A DNA stretch of 64,000 nucleotides from an uncultured Rickettsiales bacterium (GTDB lineage Bacteria; Myxococcota_A; UBA796; UBA9615), in assembly GCA_964512225.1 (NCBI GenBank), contig CAZEKB010000023.1:6771-70770 (forward strand), given 5' to 3'. Shown piece after piece: positions 1-9,452 of the stretch (the stretch's first letter is position 1; every line of letters begins with the position of its first letter). Made by a program: the position numbers and the translations under genes. A model generated the notes under the pieces. That model had not been told where the DNA came from, did not search any database, and worked only from the letters and a program-made list of their open reading frames with translations.

Positions 1-94
1 CGGGGGCCGCATGCCGCTGACCGAGTACGGCCTGCCCGACACGGACCTCGACGCCATCGAGGAGTGGATCCTCGCGGGGGCTCCGAAGGACTAG
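1..94 (+). CDS. C-terminal fragment of an upstream gene (…MPLTEYGLPDTDLDAIEEWILAGAPKD*); function unknown
   Basis: A frame open from the window edge to TAG at 92-94 with normal, non-Arg-rich composition. It converges on the minus-strand lipoprotein gene and their stops overlap by 3 nt. Confidence 0.3.
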   Translation, partial: GGRMPLTEYGLPDTDLDAIEEWILAGAPKD

Positions 95-3000
95 GGGATG
101 TACTCGATCTCCACGCGACCGATGGGCCCGGCCGCGTCTTCGACGGCTACGGGGCCGGGCGCCCCCAGGGGGGTGGTGCCGGTGGGGTTCAGGGCGAGGT
201 TGGCGTCGTACTCCAGGCGCCACACCTGAACCGTCGCGCTGCCGTAGGGCACGACGACGGGGGTGACCCCGGGGACCGTCGAGTCCTGGCTGTACATCGA
301 GTGCATCGGCGTATTGCCGCGGCCCCCGAGGACGCCGATCTTCTCCCCGGCCAGCACCGGGATGTTCACGACCATCACGTCGGCCGCGGGCTGGAGCGCG
401 GCGTAGAAGAGGCTGATCGGCGTCGTGGTGCTGCTGCCCGCGCCCCAGGTCGAGGGGAAGACCAGCACCTCCACGTTCTGGAAGTCGCCGGCGTTCGAGT
501 CGGCGGGGATCCACAGGGTCGTGATCGTCATGTTGGCCGGGGCCTCGAACCACATGCCCCGCGTCTCGGTGTCCTGCGAGTAGGTCGAGCCCGCGGCCCC
601 CGGCCCCAGCGTGAGGGCCGGCTGCACGGTGACCGAGTCCGTGCCCGAGGGGCCCGGATCGAAGCCGTCGTGCCCGTTCATGGAGCAGGTCCACAGGTCG
701 TTCACGAAGGTGAGGCTCTCGTCGATCGTCTGGCCCGTCTGGAGGACCGACTGACCGTTCCGCGTCCAGAAGCGCGCCGTGGAGACCGGGTCGCCGTCCG
801 GGTCGATCGCGGGCGTCGTGGCGAGGCACGTCAGGTCGTTGAGCACCCCGGGGACGTCCGGGGTGATGTCGACCACGGGAGCCAGCGGCGGGGAGTTGGC
901 GACGGTGAGGTGCGTGCTCTCCTGCCACGCCCCGTAGTCCCAACCGTCGTGCGGTCGGGCCCGGCACCAGACCGAGTCCCCCCGGTCGAAGAACGTGGCG
1001 GTCCCGGTCTGGATCGCGCCCCCGTCGAGGCCGGCCGTCGTCGCCACGACGGTGCCGCCGATCACCCCCACCGGCTGGACGAGCCACTCGTACTCCCACG
1101 TGACCGCGTCGGGGTCGGGATCGGTGATCACCCCCGTAGCGCAGGTCGCCTGCGTCTCCGTGTAGAGGATCGCGGGGACCACGGCGGGCGCGGTCGCCGC
1201 GGGCACCGTGTTGAGGATCGGCACGACGTTGGAGAGCACCTCCGGGCCGACCTCCGTGCCGTCGTCGATGGTCACCCCCACCCAGACATCGTCGAAGTGG
1301 TCGAAGTCGGCGCCGGTCAGGGCCGCGGTCGTCGCGCCGGCGATGGCCGTGGGGGGGATCGTCGCGTTGTCGCGGTACCACTGGTAGGCCACCGTGGTGC
1401 TCGCGCCCTCGGGGTCGACGCCCCCGGTGTAGGCCGCCTGCAGCGGGGTGTCCTCGTAGCCCGGCGTGGGGGTCACGGTCACGGCCGTGGGCGCCGCGGG
1501 CACGTTGATGAACGCGGGCGCCGACAGGAACATCGGGCCGATGTCGGCGCCGTCCCAGGGCGTGAGCTCGCAGTGCAGCGGGTCCCCGGCGACGGCCGAC
1601 GTCCCGGGCACGAAGGTCGCGCTCGTGGCGCCCGCCACGGCGGCGCCGCTCACCACCCACTGGTAGAGGTAGCCCTCGGGGTCGCCGTCGACGTCCTGCC
1701 AGCCGGTGGTGGTGAGGCTGAAGGTCGTCGCCGTCGTGCCCAGGGTGGGGGATGCGGTCGCCGACCCGCCCACCGGGGGCGTGTTGTCGATGATTACGTC
1801 CGCCGTGCCCGGCGGCCCGTAGGTCTGGCCGTCGAACGCGCGGATGAGGACCTGCCAGGTCTCGGCCTTCGAGGTGGCGGTGTCCGGGATCGACTGCAGC
1901 CCGTCGTAGGCGGGGGCCGGGACGCCGTCGATCGTCCACGAGTACGCGTAGGTCAGGGGGTCGTTCTCGGGGTCGTTCGCGGGCGTCGCCACGGACGCGG
2001 TGAGCGTATCGAGGGTCGTGGGCCCCGGCGGGCCCAGGGCGGCCACCGGGGCGTTCGGGGCGCCGTTGACGAGGATCGTCACCGAGTCCGTCGCGGTGCT
2101 CCCGATCGAGTCGGTGACCTCGAGCGTGATCAGGTGCGCGCCCCCGACGAGCGTGTCCGGCAGGACCTCGTCGTCGAGCACGCCCGACGGCTCGGCCGCC
2201 TTGTCCGCGACGAGGCCCTCGCGATCGCTGAACCACTCGACGGTCAGGTCCTCGTTCGCGTCCTCCCGGTCGGTGGCGAGGCCCCCGAGGACGAGCGCGA
2301 GGTTGCTGCTCGCGGGCGTGGTGGCGGTGGGGGCCGTGATCTCGGCGACGGGGGGCTCGTCCACGACGATGTCCACCCGGTCCGTGCAGTCCAGCCCGAG
2401 GTCGTCCACGACGACGAGGGTCAGCTCGTGCGCGCCGACGCTCAGGGTCGGCGCGGTGAGGGCGACGTCCCCGTCGTCGTCCGGGGTCGCGTCGCCCAGG
2501 GGGCCGTCGACGTCGCTGGAGAAGCTCACCGCGAGCACGGGCCCGGGGACGTTGGGATCGGTCGCCTCGGCGAGCAGCTCCAGGTCCGGCCCGTGGGGCA
2601 CCACCGCTCCATCGAGCGGCGAGAGGATCGCGCAGTCCGGGGGCTGATTCGGCCCGCCGACCTCGACCGCGACGCCCGCGGTCCCGATGTTGCCGTGGGT
2701 GTCCACCACCCGCGCCTGCAGGACGTGGCGGCCGATCTCGAAGCCGCGCTCGATCGTCGTCACGCCCTCGGCGTCGGGCTCGAGCCCCTCGGCCAGACCC
2801 ACGCCGTCCTCCACCGCCCAGAACACGCGCAGGTCCTGGGGGTGGTCCTCCGTGTCGGACACCCGCGAGCGCAGGTTCAGGGGGCGGTCCACGTAGTAGA
2901 AGCCGTCGCTCCGGGGGGTGTCGATCACGATGACCGGGGCGTCGCCCGAGAGCACCGTCACGAGCACCGTGTCCGTGCACTGTTCGCCGTCGGGGTCGGT

Positions 3001-3327
3001 GATCGTCGCCGTGATCGTGTGGGCGCCGGGGGCGAGGTCGTCGGTGCTGAAGGCGTGGTCGCCGTCGTCGTTCAGCGAGCCCGACGGCAGCGCGTCGCCG
3101 AGGCTGGACGTCCAGGCGAACCCGATGAGGTTCGGGGTCGTCCCCCCGTCGCTCGCGTGGACCTCGAAGGCGACCTCGTCACCCACGTACACCGTGGCGC
3201 CGTCCTCGCCCGGCGCGACGATGAAGCAGGTCGGCGGCCCGGCTCCGGCGAGCTGTCCGCAGCCGGCGAGCGCGAAGCTCGCGGCGACCACCCCGATCCC
3301 CCCCGCGGCGGCGAGGAGGCGTCTCAA
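91..3327 (-). CDS. Giant (1079 aa) cell-surface lipoprotein with many Ig/cadherin-like β-sandwich repeats (recurring DPDGD / DGD motifs)
   Basis: TTG start at 3327-3325 with a GGAGG 6 nt upstream. N-terminus MRRLLAAAGGIGVVAASFALAGC carries a lipobox (LAGC). The rest is a long Thr/Pro/Asp/Gly-rich repeat region. The annotated ORF upstream of the TTG is Arg-rich junk. The start overlaps the stop of the β-barrel gene (TTGA). Confidence 0.8.
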   Translation of the reverse strand: MRRLLAAAGGIGVVAASFALAGCGQLAGAGPPTCFIVAPGEDGATVYVGDEVAFEVHASDGGTTPNLIGFAWTSSLGDALPSGSLNDDGDHAFSTDDLAPGAHTITATITDPDGEQCTDTVLVTVLSGDAPVIVIDTPRSDGFYYVDRPLNLRSRVSDTEDHPQDLRVFWAVEDGVGLAEGLEPDAEGVTTIERGFEIGRHVLQARVVDTHGNIGTAGVAVEVGGPNQPPDCAILSPLDGAVVPHGPDLELLAEATDPNVPGPVLAVSFSSDVDGPLGDATPDDDGDVALTAPTLSVGAHELTLVVVDDLGLDCTDRVDIVVDEPPVAEITAPTATTPASSNLALVLGGLATDREDANEDLTVEWFSDREGLVADKAAEPSGVLDDEVLPDTLVGGAHLITLEVTDSIGSTATDSVTILVNGAPNAPVAALGPPGPTTLDTLTASVATPANDPENDPLTYAYSWTIDGVPAPAYDGLQSIPDTATSKAETWQVLIRAFDGQTYGPPGTADVIIDNTPPVGGSATASPTLGTTATTFSLTTTGWQDVDGDPEGYLYQWVVSGAAVAGATSATFVPGTSAVAGDPLHCELTPWDGADIGPMFLSAPAFINVPAAPTAVTVTPTPGYEDTPLQAAYTGGVDPEGASTTVAYQWYRDNATIPPTAIAGATTAALTGADFDHFDDVWVGVTIDDGTEVGPEVLSNVVPILNTVPAATAPAVVPAILYTETQATCATGVITDPDPDAVTWEYEWLVQPVGVIGGTVVATTAGLDGGAIQTGTATFFDRGDSVWCRARPHDGWDYGAWQESTHLTVANSPPLAPVVDITPDVPGVLNDLTCLATTPAIDPDGDPVSTARFWTRNGQSVLQTGQTIDESLTFVNDLWTCSMNGHDGFDPGPSGTDSVTVQPALTLGPGAAGSTYSQDTETRGMWFEAPANMTITTLWIPADSNAGDFQNVEVLVFPSTWGAGSSTTTPISLFYAALQPAADVMVVNIPVLAGEKIGVLGGRGNTPMHSMYSQDSTVPGVTPVVVPYGSATVQVWRLEYDANLALNPTGTTPLGAPGPVAVEDAAGPIGRVEIEYIP

Positions 3328-4205
3328 GATTCGCCTCCGGGGGCGGGCGCCGGCGGCACGGGGGGGAAGGCCCCGAAGCGCACCGACCAGCGCATGTCCA
3401 GGGCCACCGCGGCGCGCTCCCGGCCGACGATCGGGATCGTCGCGCCCAGCTCGAACCCGAACCGGTGGCGGTCCGACAGGCGCAGGCCGATGGCGGCGGC
3501 GACCATCTCCACCGGCGCCTGGTACCCGAAGTTGCCCTGCAGGTCGACGACGATGGCGAGCGCCGGCAGCGGCCGCAGCTCCACGCCGAAGTTGCCCGCG
3601 AAGCCCGCGCGCGGTCCGGCCGCCCCCGCGCTGATGGCGGCCGACGCCATGAGGCCGACCTGGCCGCGCAGGTGGACCGTCGGGTGGACCCGGCCGAGCA
3701 CGCCGACGCCCACGTCGAAGGCGATGGGCCGGGCGTTCTTGTAGAGCCAGGTGGTGGGGAGGACGACCTTGCCCGTCACCCCGAGCGTCGCCCGCTCGAG
3801 GTCGAGGAAGCGGCCCGTGCCCCCCAGCGAGAGGTGTCCGAGCCCGATGAAGCTCGCGCCCAGGGGAGCGAGCACCTGCTCGTAGCGGAAGGCCTCCCAG
3901 CTCGCGAAGATCTCGATGCGCTCGTGCACGGCGTAGCTGCCGTCGAGCGTGACCGCGCCCTTGAGTCGCCCGTAGAAGTTGGCGGCGTCGGCGATGAGCG
4001 ACAGCCCGCCCACCACGCCGAACTCGTTGCGGCCGCACAGCCTGCGCGCCGTGCCGAGGTCCCCGTCGAGCACGCCGGACTGGAGCGCGCCCTGGCCGAG
4101 GCCGTAGGAGAAGTCGTCGCAGGGGCCCGCCTGCGCGGTGCTCGGGGCGGCGAGCAGCGCGGCGAGCGCGAGGGTCGCGAGGGCGAGGGTGGTGCGCGGG
4201 CTCAT
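3324..4205 (-). CDS. Outer-membrane β-barrel-like protein (293 aa) with a Sec signal peptide
   Basis: ATG at 4205. Signal peptide MSPRTTLALATLALAALLAAPSTAQA, then alternating hydrophobic β-strand patterns. Near-C-terminal …RWSVRFGAF is followed by a Pro-rich tail. ATGA overlap with the upstream PHP gene and TTGA overlap with the downstream lipoprotein gene. Confidence 0.7.
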   Translation of the reverse strand: MSPRTTLALATLALAALLAAPSTAQAGPCDDFSYGLGQGALQSGVLDGDLGTARRLCGRNEFGVVGGLSLIADAANFYGRLKGAVTLDGSYAVHERIEIFASWEAFRYEQVLAPLGASFIGLGHLSLGGTGRFLDLERATLGVTGKVVLPTTWLYKNARPIAFDVGVGVLGRVHPTVHLRGQVGLMASAAISAGAAGPRAGFAGNFGVELRPLPALAIVVDLQGNFGYQAPVEMVAAAIGLRLSDRHRFGFELGATIPIVGRERAAVALDMRWSVRFGAFPPVPPAPAPGGES

Positions 4206-7168
4206 CGGTCGGCTCCGTCGAAGCCGTCGCCGTCGCGATCGATCAGCAGCGGGTTGGTGAACGACATGGGGAAGCCGTGCTTGACCACGGTCTGGAACAG
4301 GTAGCCGGGCGACGTTCGATCCGTGGGGATCGGCGGGTCCGTGACCGGCCCCACGTCTTCGAGGCACTCGGTCCCCGGGTCCTCCTCCAGGCCCTCGACG
4401 TCGCGCCAGTCGATCGTCCCGTCGCGGTTGTTGTCCCCGGTGTCCGGGAAGCCGTCGCAGTCCAGGTCGGCGTTGGGCTCGAGGGGGACGCCCGCTTCGA
4501 CCGAGATCCAGGCGTCGCCGCTCGCGGGGAGGATGTCGGCGAGGGGGATGCTCGTATCGAGGCGCAGCAGCCCGTCCTCGCCGAGCGGATCGGCGGGCTG
4601 GGCGAGCTCGGTCGCGAAGGTGCGGACGACCTCGCTGTTCACCACCACCCGGACCTCCGTGATCGGCACCCACGGCGCCCCGGTCACGGTGATGTCGAGG
4701 GTCGCGTCGGCGCCGGGCACGAACCCCTCGGTCGACGGCGTGCGCACGGCGCCCCCGTCGTCCGTGGTCGCGACCTCGACGACGGGTCCGTTGGTCCCCA
4801 TCATCCGGCCCTCGCGGATCGCCCGGTTGAAGCGGGCCTGGTCGAAGGCGCCCACCTCGTCGTCGCTCCAGACCAGCGTGCGGGGCGTGCCCAGCACGTT
4901 GCCGCCGAGGCTGTGCGAGTCGCTGTTGGCGGTCCCCGCGCGGACCACGCCCTGGTCGAGCAGGTAGTGCCAGTAGGCCCGGTAGCGCACCAGGTACTCG
5001 TTGTCGGTCCCGTTCATCACCTCCTGCGCGTGGTAGTCCGCGTTGGAGAAGGCGGCGCCTTCGGGGACGGCGTCGAAGAGGCCCGGCAGGGAGCCCTCGG
5101 GCGCGTCCGCGAGGTTCTGGTTCGCGTCGATCGCCATGGCGGCGGCCCACCCGGTGTCGCGTCCGAAGTCGAACCCGCTCATGGGGTGGTTGAGCTGGAT
5201 CACGCCGGTGTCCGCGGGCCAGCCCACCTCCTGCGCCCGCGTGAACAGCTCGCCGGGCAGGGCGAGCTCGTCCCAGGGGCCGCCGTTGTAGGGGAGCGTG
5301 GGGTCGTACGTGAAGGGCCAGAGGTTCCAGTGGCCGATCACCTGGGGGTACTCGGGATCCTCGATCAGGTCGAAGAGGATGTGCCCGGTCGTCTCCATGC
5401 CGACCATCAGCTCCATGCGGTCGTAGGCCTCGAGGTCGAGCATGGCGGTGGCGTAGTCGCCCACGGCGTCGTGATCGGTGGCGGCGATGACGTCGATCCG
5501 CGACGCGAGGAACGCCGCGACCCGCGGGTGATCGGGGATCGAGGCGTCGAACGACTTGCTCCCGTGCACGTGGAAGTCGGCCGACAGCGCGCCCGCCGGC
5601 AGCAGGTCGAGCGACGTCACCGCGAGGTCCGCCGTCGCCTCTCCGCCCGCCGTCACGGTCACGCCGCGGGCGGCCGCGAGCGTGGAGAAGGGCCCGGTGG
5701 ACGTGAACACGTCGTAGGTGCCGGGGAGGATCGCGACGGTGGAGGCGCCGTCCGGGGGCACGAGGACGCGGTTGCAGGCCGGGGAGCCGCCGTGGGGCGG
5801 GCCGAGGAGGGGGGCGCACTCGTGGAAGACGCCGTGCATCGCGGCCGCGACGGCGTCGTGGGTGGCGTCGTCGGCGGGGTGGACGAAGGCGAGGAGGTGG
5901 TCGTCCGCGCCGTCGACCGTGCCGTCGATCGTGAGCAGGCCGACGGCGGGGATCGTGATGTCGACGGTGCCCGAGGTCGCGTCCACGGTGGCGGCCGCGG
6001 GCGGGGTCCGAACGCCGAACACCTCGATCTCCACGAGGTAGTCGCGGTCCGGGGGCACGGCGACGCTCCAGGTGCCGTCGCCCCCGGGGCGGGTCTGCGT
6101 CCACGGGACGCGCTCCTCGACGGGCGTGGCGGCCGTCCCCTCGGTCACGAGCACGACCGCGCGCAGGCCCTCGGGCAGCTCCGTGCCGTCGGCGCCGTCG
6201 ATCGTGATCGTCCCCCCGAGCGTGGCCACCGCGTCGCCCCGCGTCACCATCGCGAGCTCCACGGCGGGGGCCAGGTCGGGGCCCTCGGTCACGCCGATGA
6301 AGCGCTCGTGGACCATGTAGTCGCGCGGCGCCACGATGCGGTTCTTGCGGCCCACGAGGGTCAGGTCCTCGCTCTGCAGGCCGGAGAGGTCGGGCTCGTC
6401 GTCGTTGCAGGAGACCGCGAAGTAGGTGGCGGCGGGCGCGGTGTGCTCGCCCGCGACCATGAACGGCATCGTGTGGATCGCGTCGGGCAGCGTGGAGAGG
6501 CCGAAGGAGGGGTGCTCGAACCCGCGGCCCGCGACGGGGCTGAAGCCGACGTTCTCCCGGCCGCCCCAGTAGAAGGCGTCGGACATGGTCCAGGACCAGG
6601 TGTCGGCCTCGAGGTTCACGACCTCGGTGCGCACGCGGACGCCGGGATCGCAGGTCCTCATCTCGTAGCGGGTGGCCACGGGCACGTCCGGGCGGCCCTG
6701 GAGCGTGCCCCGGAACTGCACGCCGACGATGCCCGGCTCGCGCAGGGGCAGGACCTCGGTGTAGTGGAAGGCCTCGTCGGGCAGGACCCCGACACCGTGC
6801 TCGATGTGCCGGAGCGAGTCGTTGTCGTCGCCGGTGGTCGACAGGTCGAGCAGAACGCCGCCCGTGGGGGCGATGTAGTGGGGGTGGTCCAGGGCGTCGA
6901 TGACGGCCGTGGCCCGGCCGTTGCTCAGGAGGATGTCGCCGACGGCCCCGAGAGAAGCGATCCCGCCGGGGACCTGGTCCTCGGAGTCGATGAACTCGAC
7001 GACGAGCCCGGAGGTCGCCTCGGGGCAGTCCCCGAAGGTGAGCTCGGCGCACGGCGACGGGACGATGCAGCCGTCCGCGGGGTCGAGGCACCCCTCCTTG
7101 GCACAGCCGGCGAGGTGGAGCGGGAGGACGAGGAGGAGCAGCGCGCCGAGCAGAGAACGTGGAGACAT
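4202..7168 (-). CDS. PHP-domain (polymerase/histidinol-phosphatase-like metal-dependent phosphoesterase) lipoprotein, 988 aa
   Basis: ATG at 7168. N-terminus MSPRSLLGALLLLVLPLHLAGC has a lipobox. PHP signature HVHGSKSFDASIPDHP…IAATDHDAV. The long upstream extension in the tool ORF is Arg-rich. Confidence 0.75.
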   Translation of the reverse strand: MSPRSLLGALLLLVLPLHLAGCAKEGCLDPADGCIVPSPCAELTFGDCPEATSGLVVEFIDSEDQVPGGIASLGAVGDILLSNGRATAVIDALDHPHYIAPTGGVLLDLSTTGDDNDSLRHIEHGVGVLPDEAFHYTEVLPLREPGIVGVQFRGTLQGRPDVPVATRYEMRTCDPGVRVRTEVVNLEADTWSWTMSDAFYWGGRENVGFSPVAGRGFEHPSFGLSTLPDAIHTMPFMVAGEHTAPAATYFAVSCNDDEPDLSGLQSEDLTLVGRKNRIVAPRDYMVHERFIGVTEGPDLAPAVELAMVTRGDAVATLGGTITIDGADGTELPEGLRAVVLVTEGTAATPVEERVPWTQTRPGGDGTWSVAVPPDRDYLVEIEVFGVRTPPAAATVDATSGTVDITIPAVGLLTIDGTVDGADDHLLAFVHPADDATHDAVAAAMHGVFHECAPLLGPPHGGSPACNRVLVPPDGASTVAILPGTYDVFTSTGPFSTLAAARGVTVTAGGEATADLAVTSLDLLPAGALSADFHVHGSKSFDASIPDHPRVAAFLASRIDVIAATDHDAVGDYATAMLDLEAYDRMELMVGMETTGHILFDLIEDPEYPQVIGHWNLWPFTYDPTLPYNGGPWDELALPGELFTRAQEVGWPADTGVIQLNHPMSGFDFGRDTGWAAAMAIDANQNLADAPEGSLPGLFDAVPEGAAFSNADYHAQEVMNGTDNEYLVRYRAYWHYLLDQGVVRAGTANSDSHSLGGNVLGTPRTLVWSDDEVGAFDQARFNRAIREGRMMGTNGPVVEVATTDDGGAVRTPSTEGFVPGADATLDITVTGAPWVPITEVRVVVNSEVVRTFATELAQPADPLGEDGLLRLDTSIPLADILPASGDAWISVEAGVPLEPNADLDCDGFPDTGDNNRDGTIDWRDVEGLEEDPGTECLEDVGPVTDPPIPTDRTSPGYLFQTVVKHGFPMSFTNPLLIDRDGDGFDGADR

Positions 7169-7209
7169 GGGGAGATCATCCTGCGCCAGAGCGCCCGTGA
7201 CAACGTCGT

Positions 7210-8595
7210 TCACTGCGACGCGGTCCGGGCCGCCTCCAGGTTGGCGGGGGTCCACATGGGCGACGGCCACCAGACCTCGGCCACGGGATCGGCGTACATG
7301 CGTCGCCATCGGGACGGGTCGAGCGGGGGGACGGCGCCCGTCGGCCACAGCAGGACGCCGGTGCGGAAGCGGCCCACGGCCTCGTCGAAGGTCGAGGCGT
7401 CTCCCGTGCGTCGGCGGAGCAGGTCGGCGACGTCGGGGCCGAAGACCAGGCGGCCGTCGGCGAGGACGGTGGACGTGGGCCACAGGCGGTAGAGCGCGTA
7501 GCCGGACCAGGCGCCGGTCGTATCGATGCCCGCGGGCACGCCCGTCCGCTCGAGGAAGTCGCAGGCGGCCACGGGGAAGCGGTCGCGCTGGAGGACGTCG
7601 AACCGCTCGTCGAGGGACCACCGGCCCCCGGCCCGGGCCCCCGCGACGACGACGCAGGCGGCGATCAGGGCGGCGGCGGCCCGACGGGACGGGGGTCGGC
7701 GGACGAGGAGGAGCCCGACGGGGATCGCGGCGAACCAGGCCCACCGGGCAGGGCCGCAGGCGGCCAGCGCGCAGCCGATCGCGGTCCACTTCTCCACGTC
7801 GACCGCGTCGTCGTCGCGCGCCAGGAGGACGGCCGATACGAGCCCCGCGCCGACGCCCAGGAGCATGACCATCCCCCACCATCCCTCCCGCAGGTACACG
7901 CGCGTGCCCCGCAGCTCCGGCACGAACTCGGCGGGCCACTCGGCGTGGGAGGCGACGGCCCCGGCGAGCCCGTCCCAGGCGCCGGGCGCGCTCGCGATGG
8001 CGACGGCCCCCAGGGCGAGGATCCCGAAGGCCCGGCGGGTGCGCAGGGAGACGGCCCAGGCGCCCACGAGGGCGAGCCACCACAGGGAGGAGACGGCGTG
8101 GAGGTTGGCCCAGACCGCGGCGAGCCCCACCGCGGCGAGCTCGGCCACGCCCAGCGCGCGTCGGCGGACCAGCCCCACGAGGCCGACGACGAAGAGGAGC
8201 TCGAACACGTGCGGCCGGGCGCGGACGCGGTCCTCGAACAGCACGAGCAGCACGGCGGCGGCGACGAGCGCGGCGCCGGTGGAGCCCGACGCCCGGCGGA
8301 CGATGCCCGCCCAGGCCCCCACCGCGGCGGCGATCACGGCGGCGTGCAGGGCGCGCAGACCGGCGGGGCCGGCGAGGTCGTCGAGGCCCGACAGGAGGAG
8401 CTCGTAGAGCCACTGGAACGTCGACCAGGCGGCCTCGGGGTGGGCGGCGCTGAAGACGTCGGTGGTGGGGATGCCGCCCGCGCGGATCGCGCGCCCGACG
8501 GCGACGTGCCAGAAGACGTCGATGTCCCAGAGCGGGCGCCACACCCAGGCGAGGGCGACGGTCGCGACGCCCAGGGCGAGCGCCCACGCCCTCAT
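7210..8595 (-). CDS. Polytopic integral membrane protein (about 11 TM helices plus a C-terminal soluble domain); possibly a GT-C-type glycosyltransferase
   Basis: A 461-aa ORF with many hydrophobic helices and an Arg/Trp-rich C-terminal domain. It lies between the methyltransferase and the PHP lipoprotein on the same strand, 13 nt after the methyltransferase stop. Confidence 0.6.
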   Translation of the reverse strand: MRAWALALGVATVALAWVWRPLWDIDVFWHVAVGRAIRAGGIPTTDVFSAAHPEAAWSTFQWLYELLLSGLDDLAGPAGLRALHAAVIAAAVGAWAGIVRRASGSTGAALVAAAVLLVLFEDRVRARPHVFELLFVVGLVGLVRRRALGVAELAAVGLAAVWANLHAVSSLWWLALVGAWAVSLRTRRAFGILALGAVAIASAPGAWDGLAGAVASHAEWPAEFVPELRGTRVYLREGWWGMVMLLGVGAGLVSAVLLARDDDAVDVEKWTAIGCALAACGPARWAWFAAIPVGLLLVRRPPSRRAAAALIAACVVVAGARAGGRWSLDERFDVLQRDRFPVAACDFLERTGVPAGIDTTGAWSGYALYRLWPTSTVLADGRLVFGPDVADLLRRRTGDASTFDEAVGRFRTGVLLWPTGAVPPLDPSRWRRMYADPVAEVWWPSPMWTPANLEAARTASQ

Positions 8596-8608
8596 GCCGG
8601 CGACGCGC

Positions 8609-9352
8609 TCAGTCGGTCCGCCGGGCGAGGGCGATGATCGACGCCCCGGCGGGCAGGTCGACGGCCTTCATGAGCTTCGACTCGACCTTGAGCGCCCCGA
8701 TGAGGAGGTTGTTGATCCAGTCCGGGACCTCCACGTAGGAGGCGCCCTTCTCGTGGGACGTCGGGTCGAGGCCCTGGGCGATGCGGAAGCCGATGATCCC
8801 GAGCAGCGGGATGGAGATGGCGTAGCTGCGGCGGATGACGGAGAAGCCGCCGCGGTTGAGCAGGCTGTGGAGCTCCGAGGCGACGTAGCGGCGGCGGTGG
8901 CCGAGGGCTTCGTCGTGCACGGACCACAGGAACCGGTAGGCGGGGACGGTGAGGAGGACGAGGCCGGACGGGCGCAGGACGCGCCGCATCTCGGCGAGGC
9001 CCTCGGCGTCGTCGTCCAGGTGCTCGATGACGTCGAAGGCGCACGCGAGGTCGAAGCTGCCGTCCTCGAACGGGAGCGCCAGCGCGCCGCCCTCGGCGAC
9101 CCGGTCCGGCCCGAGGCCCCGCTCCCGGCACGCGTCGAGGCCGGGGCCGGGGGGCTCGACACCCACCGCGCGGCCGAACTGATCGAGCAGCTCGAGGTTG
9201 CGGCCGGAGCCGCACCCGACGTCGACGATGTCCATCGAGGCCTCGGGCCCGACGTACCGCTCGAGCGTCCGGCGGATGAGGTACCGGCGGCCCACGTGCC
9301 ACCAGTACTTCTCCTCCATCCGCGCCATGCGATCCTGTTCTACGGCGTCCAT
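8609..9352 (-). CDS. Class I SAM-dependent methyltransferase (Methyltransf_11-like)
   Basis: Motif I VDVGCGSGRN, an acidic post-I residue, and LRPSGLVLLTVP (motif III). The start is taken as MDAVEQDR… at 9352. Alternative in-frame ATGs lie at 9328 and 9319. Confidence 0.8.
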   Translation of the reverse strand: MDAVEQDRMARMEEKYWWHVGRRYLIRRTLERYVGPEASMDIVDVGCGSGRNLELLDQFGRAVGVEPPGPGLDACRERGLGPDRVAEGGALALPFEDGSFDLACAFDVIEHLDDDAEGLAEMRRVLRPSGLVLLTVPAYRFLWSVHDEALGHRRRYVASELHSLLNRGGFSVIRRSYAISIPLLGIIGFRIAQGLDPTSHEKGASYVEVPDWINNLLIGALKVESKLMKAVDLPAGASIIALARRTD

Positions 9353-9452
9353 CGGCGGGGACTCTACGCGTGCCCGGGGGGTCCGCACCAGTCGGCGGGG
9401 CCCCCGGGGGGGGCGAGGGCAGCCGACGCGGCAGCGGGCTATCATCGGCGCC

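Noticed and set aside
64-3744. 1226-aa plus-strand ORF, and similar very long ORFs at 3324..7091 (beyond 4205), 3465..4304, 4277..7492, 14776..17979, 15357..19487, 34562..39337, 34711..39279, 39515..40750, 47566..49887, 48045..50801, 50979..53861 (beyond 51299) and 51371..54913
   Set aside because: These are Arg/Gly/Pro/His-dominated translations typical of wrong-frame or antisense reading of 70% GC DNA. Each overlaps a frame with a signal peptide, catalytic motifs and balanced composition.
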